From assembly GCA_965112735.1 (NCBI GenBank), contig OZ218950.1, positions 4,092,001 to 4,156,000 on the forward strand: 64,000 bases of DNA. The letters run 5' to 3'. A program made the translations under genes and the position numbers. This stretch comes from Phaeosaccion multiseriatum. Lineage: Eukaryota > Protista > Ochrophyta, other classes. Below the pieces are notes generated by a model. That model was not told the DNA's origin, did no database searches, and was given only the letters and a program-made list of their open reading frames with translations. Below are positions 1 through 35,860 of the stretch, piece by piece (within the stretch, counting starts at the first letter, position 1; the number at the start of each line of letters is the position of its first letter).

Positions 1-1204
1 TCAGATTGCAGATGCAGAGAAGCAGCTCCAGCTCTTGGAGGATGGACTCGCAGAGCAGGCTCAAGCCGCGAGCAGGGAGCTAGAGCGGTGCAGAGAGGAG
101 CGCGCAGAGCTAGAGCGCATTGTGGCTGGGCTGGAGGCCGAGTGGGAAACCAAGAAGAGGCAGGAGGGAGAGCAAGCCAAGGAGGAGGAGAAGCACGAGC
201 TTGAGTTGCGGAAGCAGGAAGCGTCGGTGTGGGCACCGGCATCAGACGAAGCGAAACTCATTGCGACTTGCCTCCTCGCCCAAGCCAAAGGAGCAGCGTC
301 GGCTCGCGATGGCGATGGCGATAGTGGTGATGGTGATGGTGATTGCGATGGTGATGGTGACAGTGATGGTGGTTGTGATGGTGGTGGCTGTGTGACCCTC
401 CTCGAGGCGGCGCTGTCGGCCAAGAGAGACAAGATGCGGGTGGAGAGGGAGCGGATGGAAAAGCAGGCGCGAGTGACGGAACAAGACCTCGAGCAGCAGC
501 TGAGGAGAGCCGACGCAGAGAAGGCAGAGCTCGAGGCGAAGGTGCAAGCCTTACAGAAGAAGGCTCAAGACAGGCTGGGCAAGGCTCCGAAGCAGCAGCA
601 CCAGCAGCAGCAAGGGGCAGCAGTGCAACCGAAGAAGAGGAAGGAGAAGAAAGGAGACGCAACCCTTGCCGCCAAGCAACCACCGCACGCTCCCAAGAAA
701 TCGACGAGCCACGGCGGCTCCACTCTGTCTGCTGCTGGCAGTAGTACTGCTCCTCGAGGAAGAACAAAGGCTGCTGTGGGGGGGGCGACGGCTCGCGGCC
801 GCAGCAAGGGGGCTCGGTCCGGTAGCGGCGGCAGAGGCGGTGGTACCGAAGGGGCCGACGGGGCCGGAGGGGCGCGGACGACCGGAAAGTCGAAGGAGCC
901 GCACCGAAAGAGACCCAAGAGCCTCAGCACCTCGCAGCCCCCGCAGCAGCAACAGCAGCAGTTGGTGGCACAGCCGCGGCAGCAGCAGGTGGTGAGACAG
1001 CAGCGGCGACAACAGCAGCCGCAGGAGTCGCACCCGTACAAAAAGACCGCCCAGCAGCAGCAGCAGCAGCAGCAGCACCGTCATCACCGCGAGAAGGAGA
1101 ATCAGCCTCAGCAGGCCACGGGTATGCCAGCTATGTCGCGTCAGTCGCTGCCCAAGCTCAAGATTCGCAAGAAGAGTAGGAAGAACGGGCCAACGTCAGC
1201 CTGA
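1..1204 (+). CDS. 3' part of a coiled-coil / low-complexity (Gln-, Lys-rich) protein; 5' end outside the window
   Basis: Long ORF running from the window edge to TGA at 1202-1204, with E/K/Q/R heptad-like segments (ELERCREERAELERIVAGLEAEW; EQDLEQQLRRADAEKAELEAKVQAL). No family motif recognised. Confidence 0.6.
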   Translation, partial: QIADAEKQLQLLEDGLAEQAQAASRELERCREERAELERIVAGLEAEWETKKRQEGEQAKEEEKHELELRKQEASVWAPASDEAKLIATCLLAQAKGAASARDGDGDSGDGDGDCDGDGDSDGGCDGGGCVTLLEAALSAKRDKMRVERERMEKQARVTEQDLEQQLRRADAEKAELEAKVQALQKKAQDRLGKAPKQQHQQQQGAAVQPKKRKEKKGDATLAAKQPPHAPKKSTSHGGSTLSAAGSSTAPRGRTKAAVGGATARGRSKGARSGSGGRGGGTEGADGAGGARTTGKSKEPHRKRPKSLSTSQPPQQQQQQLVAQPRQQQVVRQQRRQQQPQESHPYKKTAQQQQQQQQHRHHREKENQPQQATGMPAMSRQSLPKLKIRKKSRKNGPTSA

Positions 1205-1671
1205 TGCCTTGAGGGTCAAGGAGCCGCGAGGGGGGGAGGGGGCGAGTGTGGTGAGTGAGCGATGGATGGCTGCGTTTCCGAGTCCAGCGGGGAAGGAAGG
1301 AAGTGGCAGCAGCGCCCAATGCGGACTCGACTGCTGCTGCTACTGGTGGCCGCTCGAGGGGCGTCTCTGCAGCTCCCCCCCCCTCTCCCTCCCTCTCTCT
1401 TCCTACCTTTAGACCCCAGGAAGGAGTAGAATAGAAGGCCAGCATGGATAGATCAGTGGATCGCTTCATCTGGATAGATGGCACTAGATGGCACAACCGG
1501 ACCAGGGGAGGTCAGCTGAAGGCTTTCGTTTGGATCGCCCTCTCCCCCTGCCCCCCGACTCAGATTAGAGAGTAGCAGCGGCATTTGATTGTTTTATTGG
1601 GAAGAGGAAAGGCTGATCTATCTTCGTGTGGAGGCACAGCCCCCATCTCTCTCCTCTCCTTACTGTATGCA

Positions 1672-3107
<1,436 letters not shown>

Positions 3108-3479
3108 TCTCTATGTTATCTCTGGAGAAGGTGGCGTGGAGGAGAGAAGGGGAGGGGATGGGCGATGTGAGGGGCGTGTGCTTTTGCTTCATTACAACAA
3201 AAAACTGAGCCCTCTCCTCTTGCGCTCTGGGCGCCCCGGCCCGCCCTGAATCCTCCCTGACTTACTGAGACTTCGACCGATCCGCGACGACAATTGCATC
3301 GCGGATCCATCGATCCATCCCGCGATTGAGCCATGTGTGGTTGAGTGTAATAAAAGCGAACGCTCCATCTTGCACTGACTCTCAGGGAGTAGACGTCATC
3401 AGAGTAGCGCAAGAGGAGGAGTGGCGCGGGGGGAGCGGCGGAGGGAAGTTCGTTGCGAGTTCCGTAAGAGTGGCACACG
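3108..3479. promoter_or_regulatory. Divergent (bidirectional) promoter region between the RPA34-like gene and VPS13
   Basis: Head-to-head ATGs at 3107(-) and 3480(+), about 370 nt apart. No specific element identified. Confidence 0.5.
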
Positions 3480-28019
<24,540 letters not shown>

Positions 28020-28321
28020 ACAAGGAGAGGAGAAGAGCAGCGCTAGAGAGTAATTATACTTGAGAATAATTAACATCGCATATTTCTAATCTTGCGCACC
28101 CTCTCACTTTCCCCTCCGTCCGGTGTGACGAAGAGAACAAAACAAAAAAGCAAAGGTCTGAACCGCCCTCCTTTTCTGTCCTCTCTAAAGAAAAAAATGC
28201 GATGGCGAGTAAAGTTCGCATGGAGAGTTGTCCCTCTCTCTCAAGAGATACACCCTCGTGGCTGGCCTTGCCTCCCTCCAAACCAGGGCATGCCACATTG
28301 CTCGGTGGCGGCTCCTCTCTC

Positions 28322-29522
28322 TCAGGCAGAGGGGTGTGCTCGGGTGGCCCAACGGAAGGCGGCTCCGATGACAAGAAGGAGAGGGGCCAGCAGGCCGTGG
28401 AGGCCCATCCAGGCAGGGCCTTCCTCGCCGCCAGGAGGGAATGCGAGCACTGGTGGTAGTGGTGTAAAGGGGGCGGTACAGTCGGGGGTGAGAAGTCGGC
28501 GAGTGACACACGGGCCTCACTCTCTCTCCCTCTCAGGCTCTTACCTCGCCTGCCGGTGGCCTCGCACGCAAACTCGATGGGCTCGGCGCTCTTGCAGGCG
28601 GAGGCCGCCACACAGCCAAAGTAGGCAGAGAACTCGGGGCTGCTTGCCAGGCAAGTGGTAGTGGTGTTGATGACCTGGGAGGGCAGGGGGTCGCAGGCAA
28701 GGGAGGGATCCTGCGCGACGGCATCACAGCTGCCCTGGATGGACTCGAGGGAGGTGTTGTTAAAGAGGCCACCGAGGTACGAGAGGGTGAGTGGGACACA
28801 CTCGGCACAGCTCTCAGTGTCCAGGCAGCTCTGCAAAGGGTCTTCGCACCTGCGGCCAAGTATTATTGTTTGTACGGAGGAAAGGTTGGGGTGGGTTGGT
28901 GTTTAGTATGCCGGCCGAACACAGACAAGCACACAAGACAAACTCACGTGACGGCGTATGCACTGACGAGGCTTGTGTCGCCGACGTCCTCGCACTCGAA
29001 CACAAAGGGTTCCGACTCCTGAAGAAAGCGGCGCCCACCAGCTCCGGCAGCTCCACCTGCGCCGCCAGGGCCTCCACCTCCTCCTCCGCCGTCGTCGCCA
29101 GCTCCAGCGCCAGATCTGACAGGCTCGACGACACCCGCCTCAAGCTGCGAGCAGAGGTCACCAAAGATGCAGCCCACGGCATCCAAAAAGGGGCCGTTCG
29201 AGAGGCAGGTCGCCGGAATTTGCAGGAGGTAGGAAAACATTTCACAGCTCTGCGGGCTCTCCCTCCCCTCAGGGTCAAAGTAGTGGCAGTAGGCTGCGAG
29301 CGGGGGACCGCCGAGCTCCTCGCCTTCCTCCAGATCGGGGGGGGCTTCGGGCTCTTCGCCGCCCGCCTCCTGAAGGAAGCGGCGGAGAGTATTGCCGGCA
29401 GCATCGCCACCAGCATCGCCACCAGCATCACCACCAGCATCGCCACCCCCTTCGTCCTGCTGGAAGCAGGTCAAGCAGGCCTGATCAGCCTGGCAAGCCG
29501 CGAGTTGAGTAGAACATGCCAT
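28322..29522 (-). CDS. Cys-rich, acidic protein with C-terminal hydrophobic anchor, copy A (3 exons)
   Basis: Exons 29522-28948, 28849-28545 and 28449-28322 splice in phase. Two C-x6-C-x5-C-x2-C modules (CSTQLAACQADQACLTC; CEDPLQSCLDTESCAEC). Ends WMGLHGLLAPLLLVIGAAFRWATRAHPSA*. Confidence 0.75.
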
Positions 29523-30122
29523 GGTGCAAGAGCTTGGTGATAGTGGTAAGCGAGGGTTGTGGGAGAGCGATACACCCTGACACCCGTGTCCAACACGAAG
29601 AAAGTCAAGATGGAACCTTTTTCTCGAGAACTTTTCTTTCCCGCGTACTTAAAAGTCCCGAGGGTGGCAGGGTTTAGGCGTCCCTTTTAGAGTGCCTCAT
29701 GAATGCTGGAAAATGCGAAGCTTACTCGAAACTGTGTGGTGAAGCATAAGCGATGGCCTTCTCCTGCTATCTACGTGCGTGTCTGTGTGCATGTGTGTGT
29801 GTGCGTGTGTGTGCGCGTGTGCGTATGTTTGTGTGTGTTGGCGCCTACTTGTGGAGCAGTGAGTAAGACGCAAGACAGCCTCGTCACGGAGAAATATGGA
29901 AGGTGTTGTCTCCATCAAATACTGTAATGTACTTCGAAGTACAGGATTAAAACAAAGACGTCGTACATACGTAACGTCCTCCAGCACACCCAAGACAGGG
30001 TCTCGAGTTGGTAGAGAGAGTGTGAAACACCTCCCTTTGTCACAATGCCACTGCCCTCGTGGCTGGCCTTGCCTCCCTCCAAACCAGGGCATGCCACATT
30101 GCTCGGTGGCGGCTCCTCTCTC

Positions 30123-31207
30123 TCAGGCAGAGGGGTGTGCTCGGGTGGCCCAACGGAAGGCGGCTCCGATGACAAGAAGGAGAGGGGCCAGCAGGCCGTG
30201 GAGGCCCATCCAGGCAGGGCCTTCCTCGCCGCCAGGAGGGGATGCGAGCACTGGTGGTAGTGGTGTAAAGGGGACGGTACCCGCGGGGGTGAGAAGTCGG
30301 CGAGTAAGGCATAGGCCTCACTCTCTCTCCCTCTGGCTCTTACCTCGCCTGCCGGTGGCCTCGCACGCAAACTCGATGGGCTCGGCGCTCTTGCAGGCGG
30401 AGGCCGCCACACAGCCAAAGTAGGCAGAGAACTCGGGGCTACTTGCCAGGCAACTGGCACTGGTGTTGGTGACGCGGGGGGGTAGGGGGTCGCAGGCAAG
30501 GGAGGGATCCTGCGTGACGGCATCACAGCTGCTCTGGATGGACTCGAGGGAGGTGCGATTGAAGAAGATGCCGAGGTACGCGAGGGTGAGTGGGACACAC
30601 TCGGCACAGCTCTCAGTGTCCAGGCAGCTCTGCAGAGGGTCTTCGCACCTGCGGCCAAGTATTATTGTTTGTACGGAGGAAAGGTTGGGGTGGGTTGGTT
30701 AGTATGCCCGCCGAACACAGACAAGCACACATGACAAACTCACGTGACGGCGTATGCACTGACGAGGCTTGTGTCGTCCACCTCCGCGCATTCAAATACG
30801 AAGGGCTCCACATCCTCCACCTCCTCCGTCTCCTCCGCCTCCTCATTCTCCCCGCTGTCAAGCTGCCCACAGAGGTCCCCATAGATGCAGCCTGTGGCCT
30901 CCATGAAGGCTTCGATCGCGAGGCAGGTCGCCGGAACTTGCAGGAGGTAGGAGAACATTTCACAGCTCTGCGGGCTCTCCCTCCCCTCAGGGTCAAAAAA
31001 GTGGCAGAGGGCCGGGAGTCCGCCACCGGGGCGGCGGGAGGGGGACTCGTCGGCCCCTTCCATATCGGAGTCTTCGCCGTCCGCCTCCTGAAGGAAGCGG
31101 CGGACGCCACCCTCGGCAGCATCGTCAGGAGCAGCCTGCTCTACACCAAGGCAGGTGGAACAGGCCTCAATAGCTGTGCATGCCTCGATTTCAGTCGCGC
31201 ACGCCAT
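30123..31207 (-). CDS. Cys-rich, acidic protein with C-terminal hydrophobic anchor, copy B (tandem paralog, 3 exons)
   Basis: Same exon structure and splice sites as copy A. Starts MACATEIEACTAIEACSTC; the 3' two-thirds is near-identical to copy A. Confidence 0.75.
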
Positions 31208-31772
31208 GTTGTAAAGGGTTGGGAGGGATGGAGGGCGAGAGGAGAGAGCCGAGGGGGTGACGTACGCCCAGGAAGTAGGAGCATTCTTGGTGGGTGTCAC
31301 GAAAAAGGTTCGAGTCGATTTTTGCCCCCCCCCCCCCCGACTAAACCTAGCCAATCGCCGCCTTTGTGCTTTCTCAGGGCGAGACGAAGCTGAGACGAAG
31401 CGTTGTGCACACATGCACGAGCCAATACAAAGCCTTTGATATTCTATTTGGAGCGAGCTGGTCTGTCCCCGCAAAATACATTTCGACACTATAGCTATCG
31501 CCGTTGGAGAAAAAGGACCCCGAGGTAATAGGGATCAGGACATCAATGTCAGGAGAAAATGTGGCTCACAATGCCACATACGACTCATCAGAGAGGACGT
31601 AGGAGAGAGCCTAAGATGAATAGGAGACCTACAGAAGGAGTGCAGAGCTCCGGTAGTCCATTCTCCAAAAAACCCCTTAGCGCTATTTCGCGGTCTTCAG
31701 CGTACTATGTCCAACGGCGCTGATCTCCTACTCCCCATCGACTAATGACCACATCATGCGCTTCGCTCACTC

Positions 31773-32714
31773 TCAGACGTGAGGTCCTCCCGCCAAGTCA
31801 CTCTGCGTGGGCGGTGCCTCTCTCGCATCTTCTCCTGCGTCCTTCTCTGGCATGGTGGACTTGGCTGAAAAATCGGTGTGGCCGTTATGGGAGGCGTAAA
31901 AGAGAGAACTACGTCCGTCCTCTTCGCCTGCGTTGACACTGGTACTCGCACCGATGAGCAGACGCACCACGGCCGCATGCCCATTTTGAGAAGCCACGTG
32001 CAATGAGGTAACACCACTCGCATTGGCTGCGTCGACGCTTGCTCGCGCGGAGAGGAGCTGCTGCACGACGGAGAAATGCCCCCTCTGGGAAGCGCACTTT
32101 AAAGGCGTCGCCCTGGCGAGATTGACTTGGTCGACAGAGGCTCCGACGTCCAGCAACCGCCTCACCACCTGAGAGTGCCCATTTGTGCTTGCGCATGTCA
32201 AGGGTGTGTCGCCGAAGGGTCCGCCTCTGCCACGGATGGAGGCCCCATTCTCCAGTAGAAGGTCCACCACATCCAGTCGACCGTACATCGCAGCCCACAT
32301 AATAGCGGTAAAGCCTTGCTCGTCGATAGGCTGCTGTAGGCTTGCTCTGCCGTGCTTGGCGATGAGTCTCTTCAACAGCGCGCTAAGTAGTGTGAAGCTC
32401 TCGCTTCTCGTGATCGCCTGGTGGAGGCACCGCCCCTGTTGTGTGGGGTGCAAAGAGTTCGACGGAGGCGGAGGGGTGCTTTAACATGCACGGGAGCCAG
32501 GAGTAGCAGCACGAGCCTCCCAGGATGTAAGCTGGTTGAAGCAGCCAGCAGTATCCTTCCCTCGCAGACCTAAGTACTGCATCGCTGCCTTCAAGACTCA
32601 ACTATTTCCTCCACAAAAAGCATCTTGACAAACGGGCAGTTCATACGGCACTGCATGGCCCGCAGCCCTTACCTCGGGGGACACTGCCTGCGGCATGCTC
32701 AGCCGAGATCCCAT
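31773..32714 (-). CDS. Ankyrin-repeat protein, short copy (~4.5 repeats; possibly truncated or pseudogenising), 2 exons
   Basis: Exon 1 is 32714-32673 (MGSRLSMPQAVSPE|GTAAG) and exon 2 starts at 32435. Repeats GDTPLTCASTNGH, ATPLKCASQRGH, VTSLHVASQNGH; the 5th repeat breaks off after NGHT. Confidence 0.75.
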
Positions 32715-33487
32715 AGCTGGCGTTAAGAGGGGGGCGCTGAGAGAGGGGAAAGCACAGCCCCCACCCCATCCTTTAGGCGTGAAGAGCTGTGGTGCAGACA
32801 AGGAACGATGCAGCGCAGATGCCCTAGCTGTCACAGCCTACCGCTCCTGACTTGGGTGGCTCCAATCGCGCCTGCAAAGTGAACGAAACGCGTTGCTTGG
32901 CCACTATTCGCGGAACGAAGTTTTCCCCAGGGGACACAACAACCACCTCCTCCCCTCCCACTGGTTTGAGCATACCGCAACGTGGGCAACGGGGATCAGC
33001 AATTTGTCGGAGGAGCTGCCCAAGGGGAGAGGGTTGTGACAAATGAGACCAGCTTTCACTCCCTGAAAAAATGAAAGAAAGAAGAAATCAACGAAGACAC
33101 ACAACATTGTGCGAGACGTCGGGGAAGGCGAAAAAAGGTGTGGCGACTGGACAACGGACGCATTGCAAAGAAGGAGGGGTGGATCTGGCTTTGAAAGCGG
33201 ATTTCGAGCCTGCCCGTGGGTCGACCAAGGTCTATGTCAGGGTTCGACTTTCCTGGGCACCCAGGAAGTCGGGGGGGGGTTGGTGGGCGAGTCATTCAAT
33301 GGGGAAGTCAGTGCAGTGAGGAGGGGCCATTGGCCATTGGTTTCTCATCAGGCAACGGGGGTGGAACTCCATGTATCGACAGTAAGGTACATTGCTGCGA
33401 CGCTGCAATGGCAAAAAAAATGAGAACGATCCAACTCTTCGTATTCTGGAACCTTTAGAGTGAGCGGCAGTCGCAAGGCCAAACCCT

Positions 33488-33543
33488 GAGAGTGGCAGAC
33501 GCCGAGAGTGGCAGACGCCGAGAGTGGCAGACGCTGAGAGTGG
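33488..33543. repeat. 16-nt tandem repeat GAGAGTGGCAGACGCC x3.5
   Basis: Seen directly; intergenic. Confidence 0.9.
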
Positions 33544-34028
33544 CCAGCAAGGGCATGTCATCATATAAATAAGTAGGGTGGGATACGAACGAGGCGTCAA
33601 CACCTGTTTTGAGGGGTAGTTTCGAGCGTTCGCGAGATGTTGGATGAGAGAGAAAGGCAGAGGGGGAGAAGAGAGGAAGAGGGGGCGATACGAGTAAGAC
33701 AAAGGGAGAGAAACGAGAGAGGAGGAGAGAGAGAGAGGTAAGTAAGATGAGTGAGGCGCGTGTTAAGAAGCGATCAAGGAAGAGAGGGGGGGGAGGAGTG
33801 ATTGGCCTGCACAACACACGACACGTGTCGAAACCCTCCCCCACCCCTCCATACACACACGCACTCAACATGCCCCTTTAGAACAGAGACTCTGCGAGGT
33901 CCAAACATGACCGTACCTGTCCTTCTTGGTCCTTCTTGGTGTTGTACCTCACGCCAGCCCACCTGTTCTACTCCTGGGCCTCGAAGTAGCATCCCTCCCA
34001 CCTCGCCCCGTCAGACACAGCCGCCCCT

Positions 34029-35549
34029 TCAGCGCATTTCCTCCGCCATGCTCTCCCACGTCTCGCTCTGCACGCCCCAGGGCCTCTCCAGCGGCGGCAT
34101 CCCCCTCTCCTTGCCGAAGGTCGGATCGGTCCTTCGCATCCAGTCCAACGCGCTTTGAGAGCGGAAGACGGCTGCTGCTAAGTCTCTGAGTCGCTGTCCA
34201 ATCTCGGGGCCTATTCCAGTCCACTGCACCCACGTCAAGGCCTTGTCCACCGACGCATCGGCCGCGAGGAGCTGCCGCGCAGTGCCGCGCTGGTTTTTGT
34301 TGATGGCGAGGAATAGAGGAGTGGCGCCATTCAACTTGTGAGTATCGATGGGAGATCCCGCAGAGATGAGACGAGCGACGACAGCCTCGTGCCCATTGCT
34401 TGCTGCAAGGTGGAGAGGTAAACTGCCGAGGATCGTGATCGTCTCCGCCCTTGCTCCCGCAGAGAGAAGACGTTTCACCACGGCGTCGTGACCTCTTTCA
34501 GCGGCGTGGTGAAGAGGAGTAAAACCTTGGATGTCAGGCACGGCTACGTCTGCTCCGGCCGACAACAGCTTGTCCACCACCACCAAATGCGCCTTCTGAG
34601 CAGCGGCGTTGAGGGGAGTAAACCCATCGTTATCTCTGATATTCGCGTTGGCATTCATATCGAGAAGCTGCTGCACGACGGAGGCATATCCTCCCAACGA
34701 GGCCATGTGAAGGGGAGTCTTGCCACTGTTATCAGTCTCCTCGATCCTGGCATGGGCCCTGGTAAGCTGCCGCACTATGCTTCCACGCCCCCATGTAGCC
34801 GCTGCTATGAGCGGAGTCTGTCCTTCATTGTTTTTCCCCCCTACATCCGCTTGCGCTGAAATGAGCTGCTCTACAATGGAGGTGTGCCCGTTCTGAGAGG
34901 ACAGATAGAGCGAAGTAAACCCGCCCTCACAAGCTGCGTCTATACTGGCACCCGCACGGATGAGTAGACGCACCACGGCTGGAAAACCACATTCAGAAGC
35001 CGCGATAAGAGGGGTGAGGCCAATCGCATTGGCTCCGTCGACAGCGGCTCCAACGTCCAGTAGCCGCGCCACAATCTGGTCATGCCCATACGTGCTAGCC
35101 CCCAAGAGTGGCGTGTCCCTATCGGGTTCGCGTCCACTGCTGATAGACGCCCGCTTCTGCAGCAGAAGGTCCACGACATCCAGCCGATCGCACTTCGCGG
35201 CGCAAACCATAACAGTACTGCCCCCCTCCTGAATGGGCTGTTCCAGGCTCGCTTTGCCGCGTTTGGCAACGAGCTTGATAACCAGCGCCTTAATAGAGGC
35301 CAAGCTCTCCCCATTGTTCAGGGCAAAAAAGATTCGCTGCCCCTGTGGAGCGCGCAGCGAGGGTGGAAGGGGAGAGGGAAGGAGACGTGTCAGGGGGGCA
35401 CATTCCGGACTTTGGAAGCCTAAGACTCCACTTTCTCAACCTCACTGAGACGCTGAGACGCTCTTCTCTCCCTTTCGACCTTACAACCCATCCCAAAGAT
35501 AAGCGGTTCTTACCTCGGGCGCTATGGCCTGCCGCTGCATACTGGCCAT
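34029..35549 (-). CDS. Ankyrin-repeat protein (~10 repeats), 2 exons, paralog of 31773-32714
   Basis: Exon 1 is 35549-35514 (MASMQRQAIAPE|GTAAG) and exon 2 is 35342-34029. Ten TPLxxA..G-type repeats. Shares intron position and N-terminal KxGxASLxQPI segment with the short copy. Confidence 0.88.
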
Positions 35550-35860
35550 GCAGCGGCAGCAGACCTCCGGCCCTAACCTCCCCCCTCCTCCTCAACAGAT
35601 AGCGAGAGCTCTCTCTCCTCCCACGTGATGTATCTTTCTCTCTGAAGATCCTCTGAACTCTGAACGTGGCAAAAGTAAAGGGCGAATACCTGAAAGTGGA
35701 AACTGCATCGCCAACTGGAGGCACCGAAGAAACGAGGTTCCGTTCCGCGGGCGAGTTCAGCAGAGTGGCAGGGCACAGAGCGACCCATTGAGCCTAAGGC
35801 GTACCCAGCTCTCCTCCTTCCTCTGTTGTCTTCCCTCCCCTACCCTCTCCTTTCGTATTG

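Larger units (their letters stand above)
28253..31207. repeat. Tandem gene duplication, period ~1.8 kb
   Basis: 28253-~28980 is near-identical to 30054-~30775, including introns and 3' flank; the first exons are more diverged. Confidence 0.92.

Noticed and set aside
29928-29943. Perfect 16-nt palindrome TGTACTTCGAAGTACA between the duplicated genes
   Set aside because: Single short occurrence with no TIR/TSD context; no function can be supported.
33488-33543. 16-nt repeat as CRISPR or iteron
   Set aside because: Head-to-tail tandem with no spacers.
31773-35549. Viral or bacterial-endosymbiont origin of the ankyrin genes
   Set aside because: Both have a canonical spliceosomal intron at the same position, and no viral or mobile hallmark genes are nearby.
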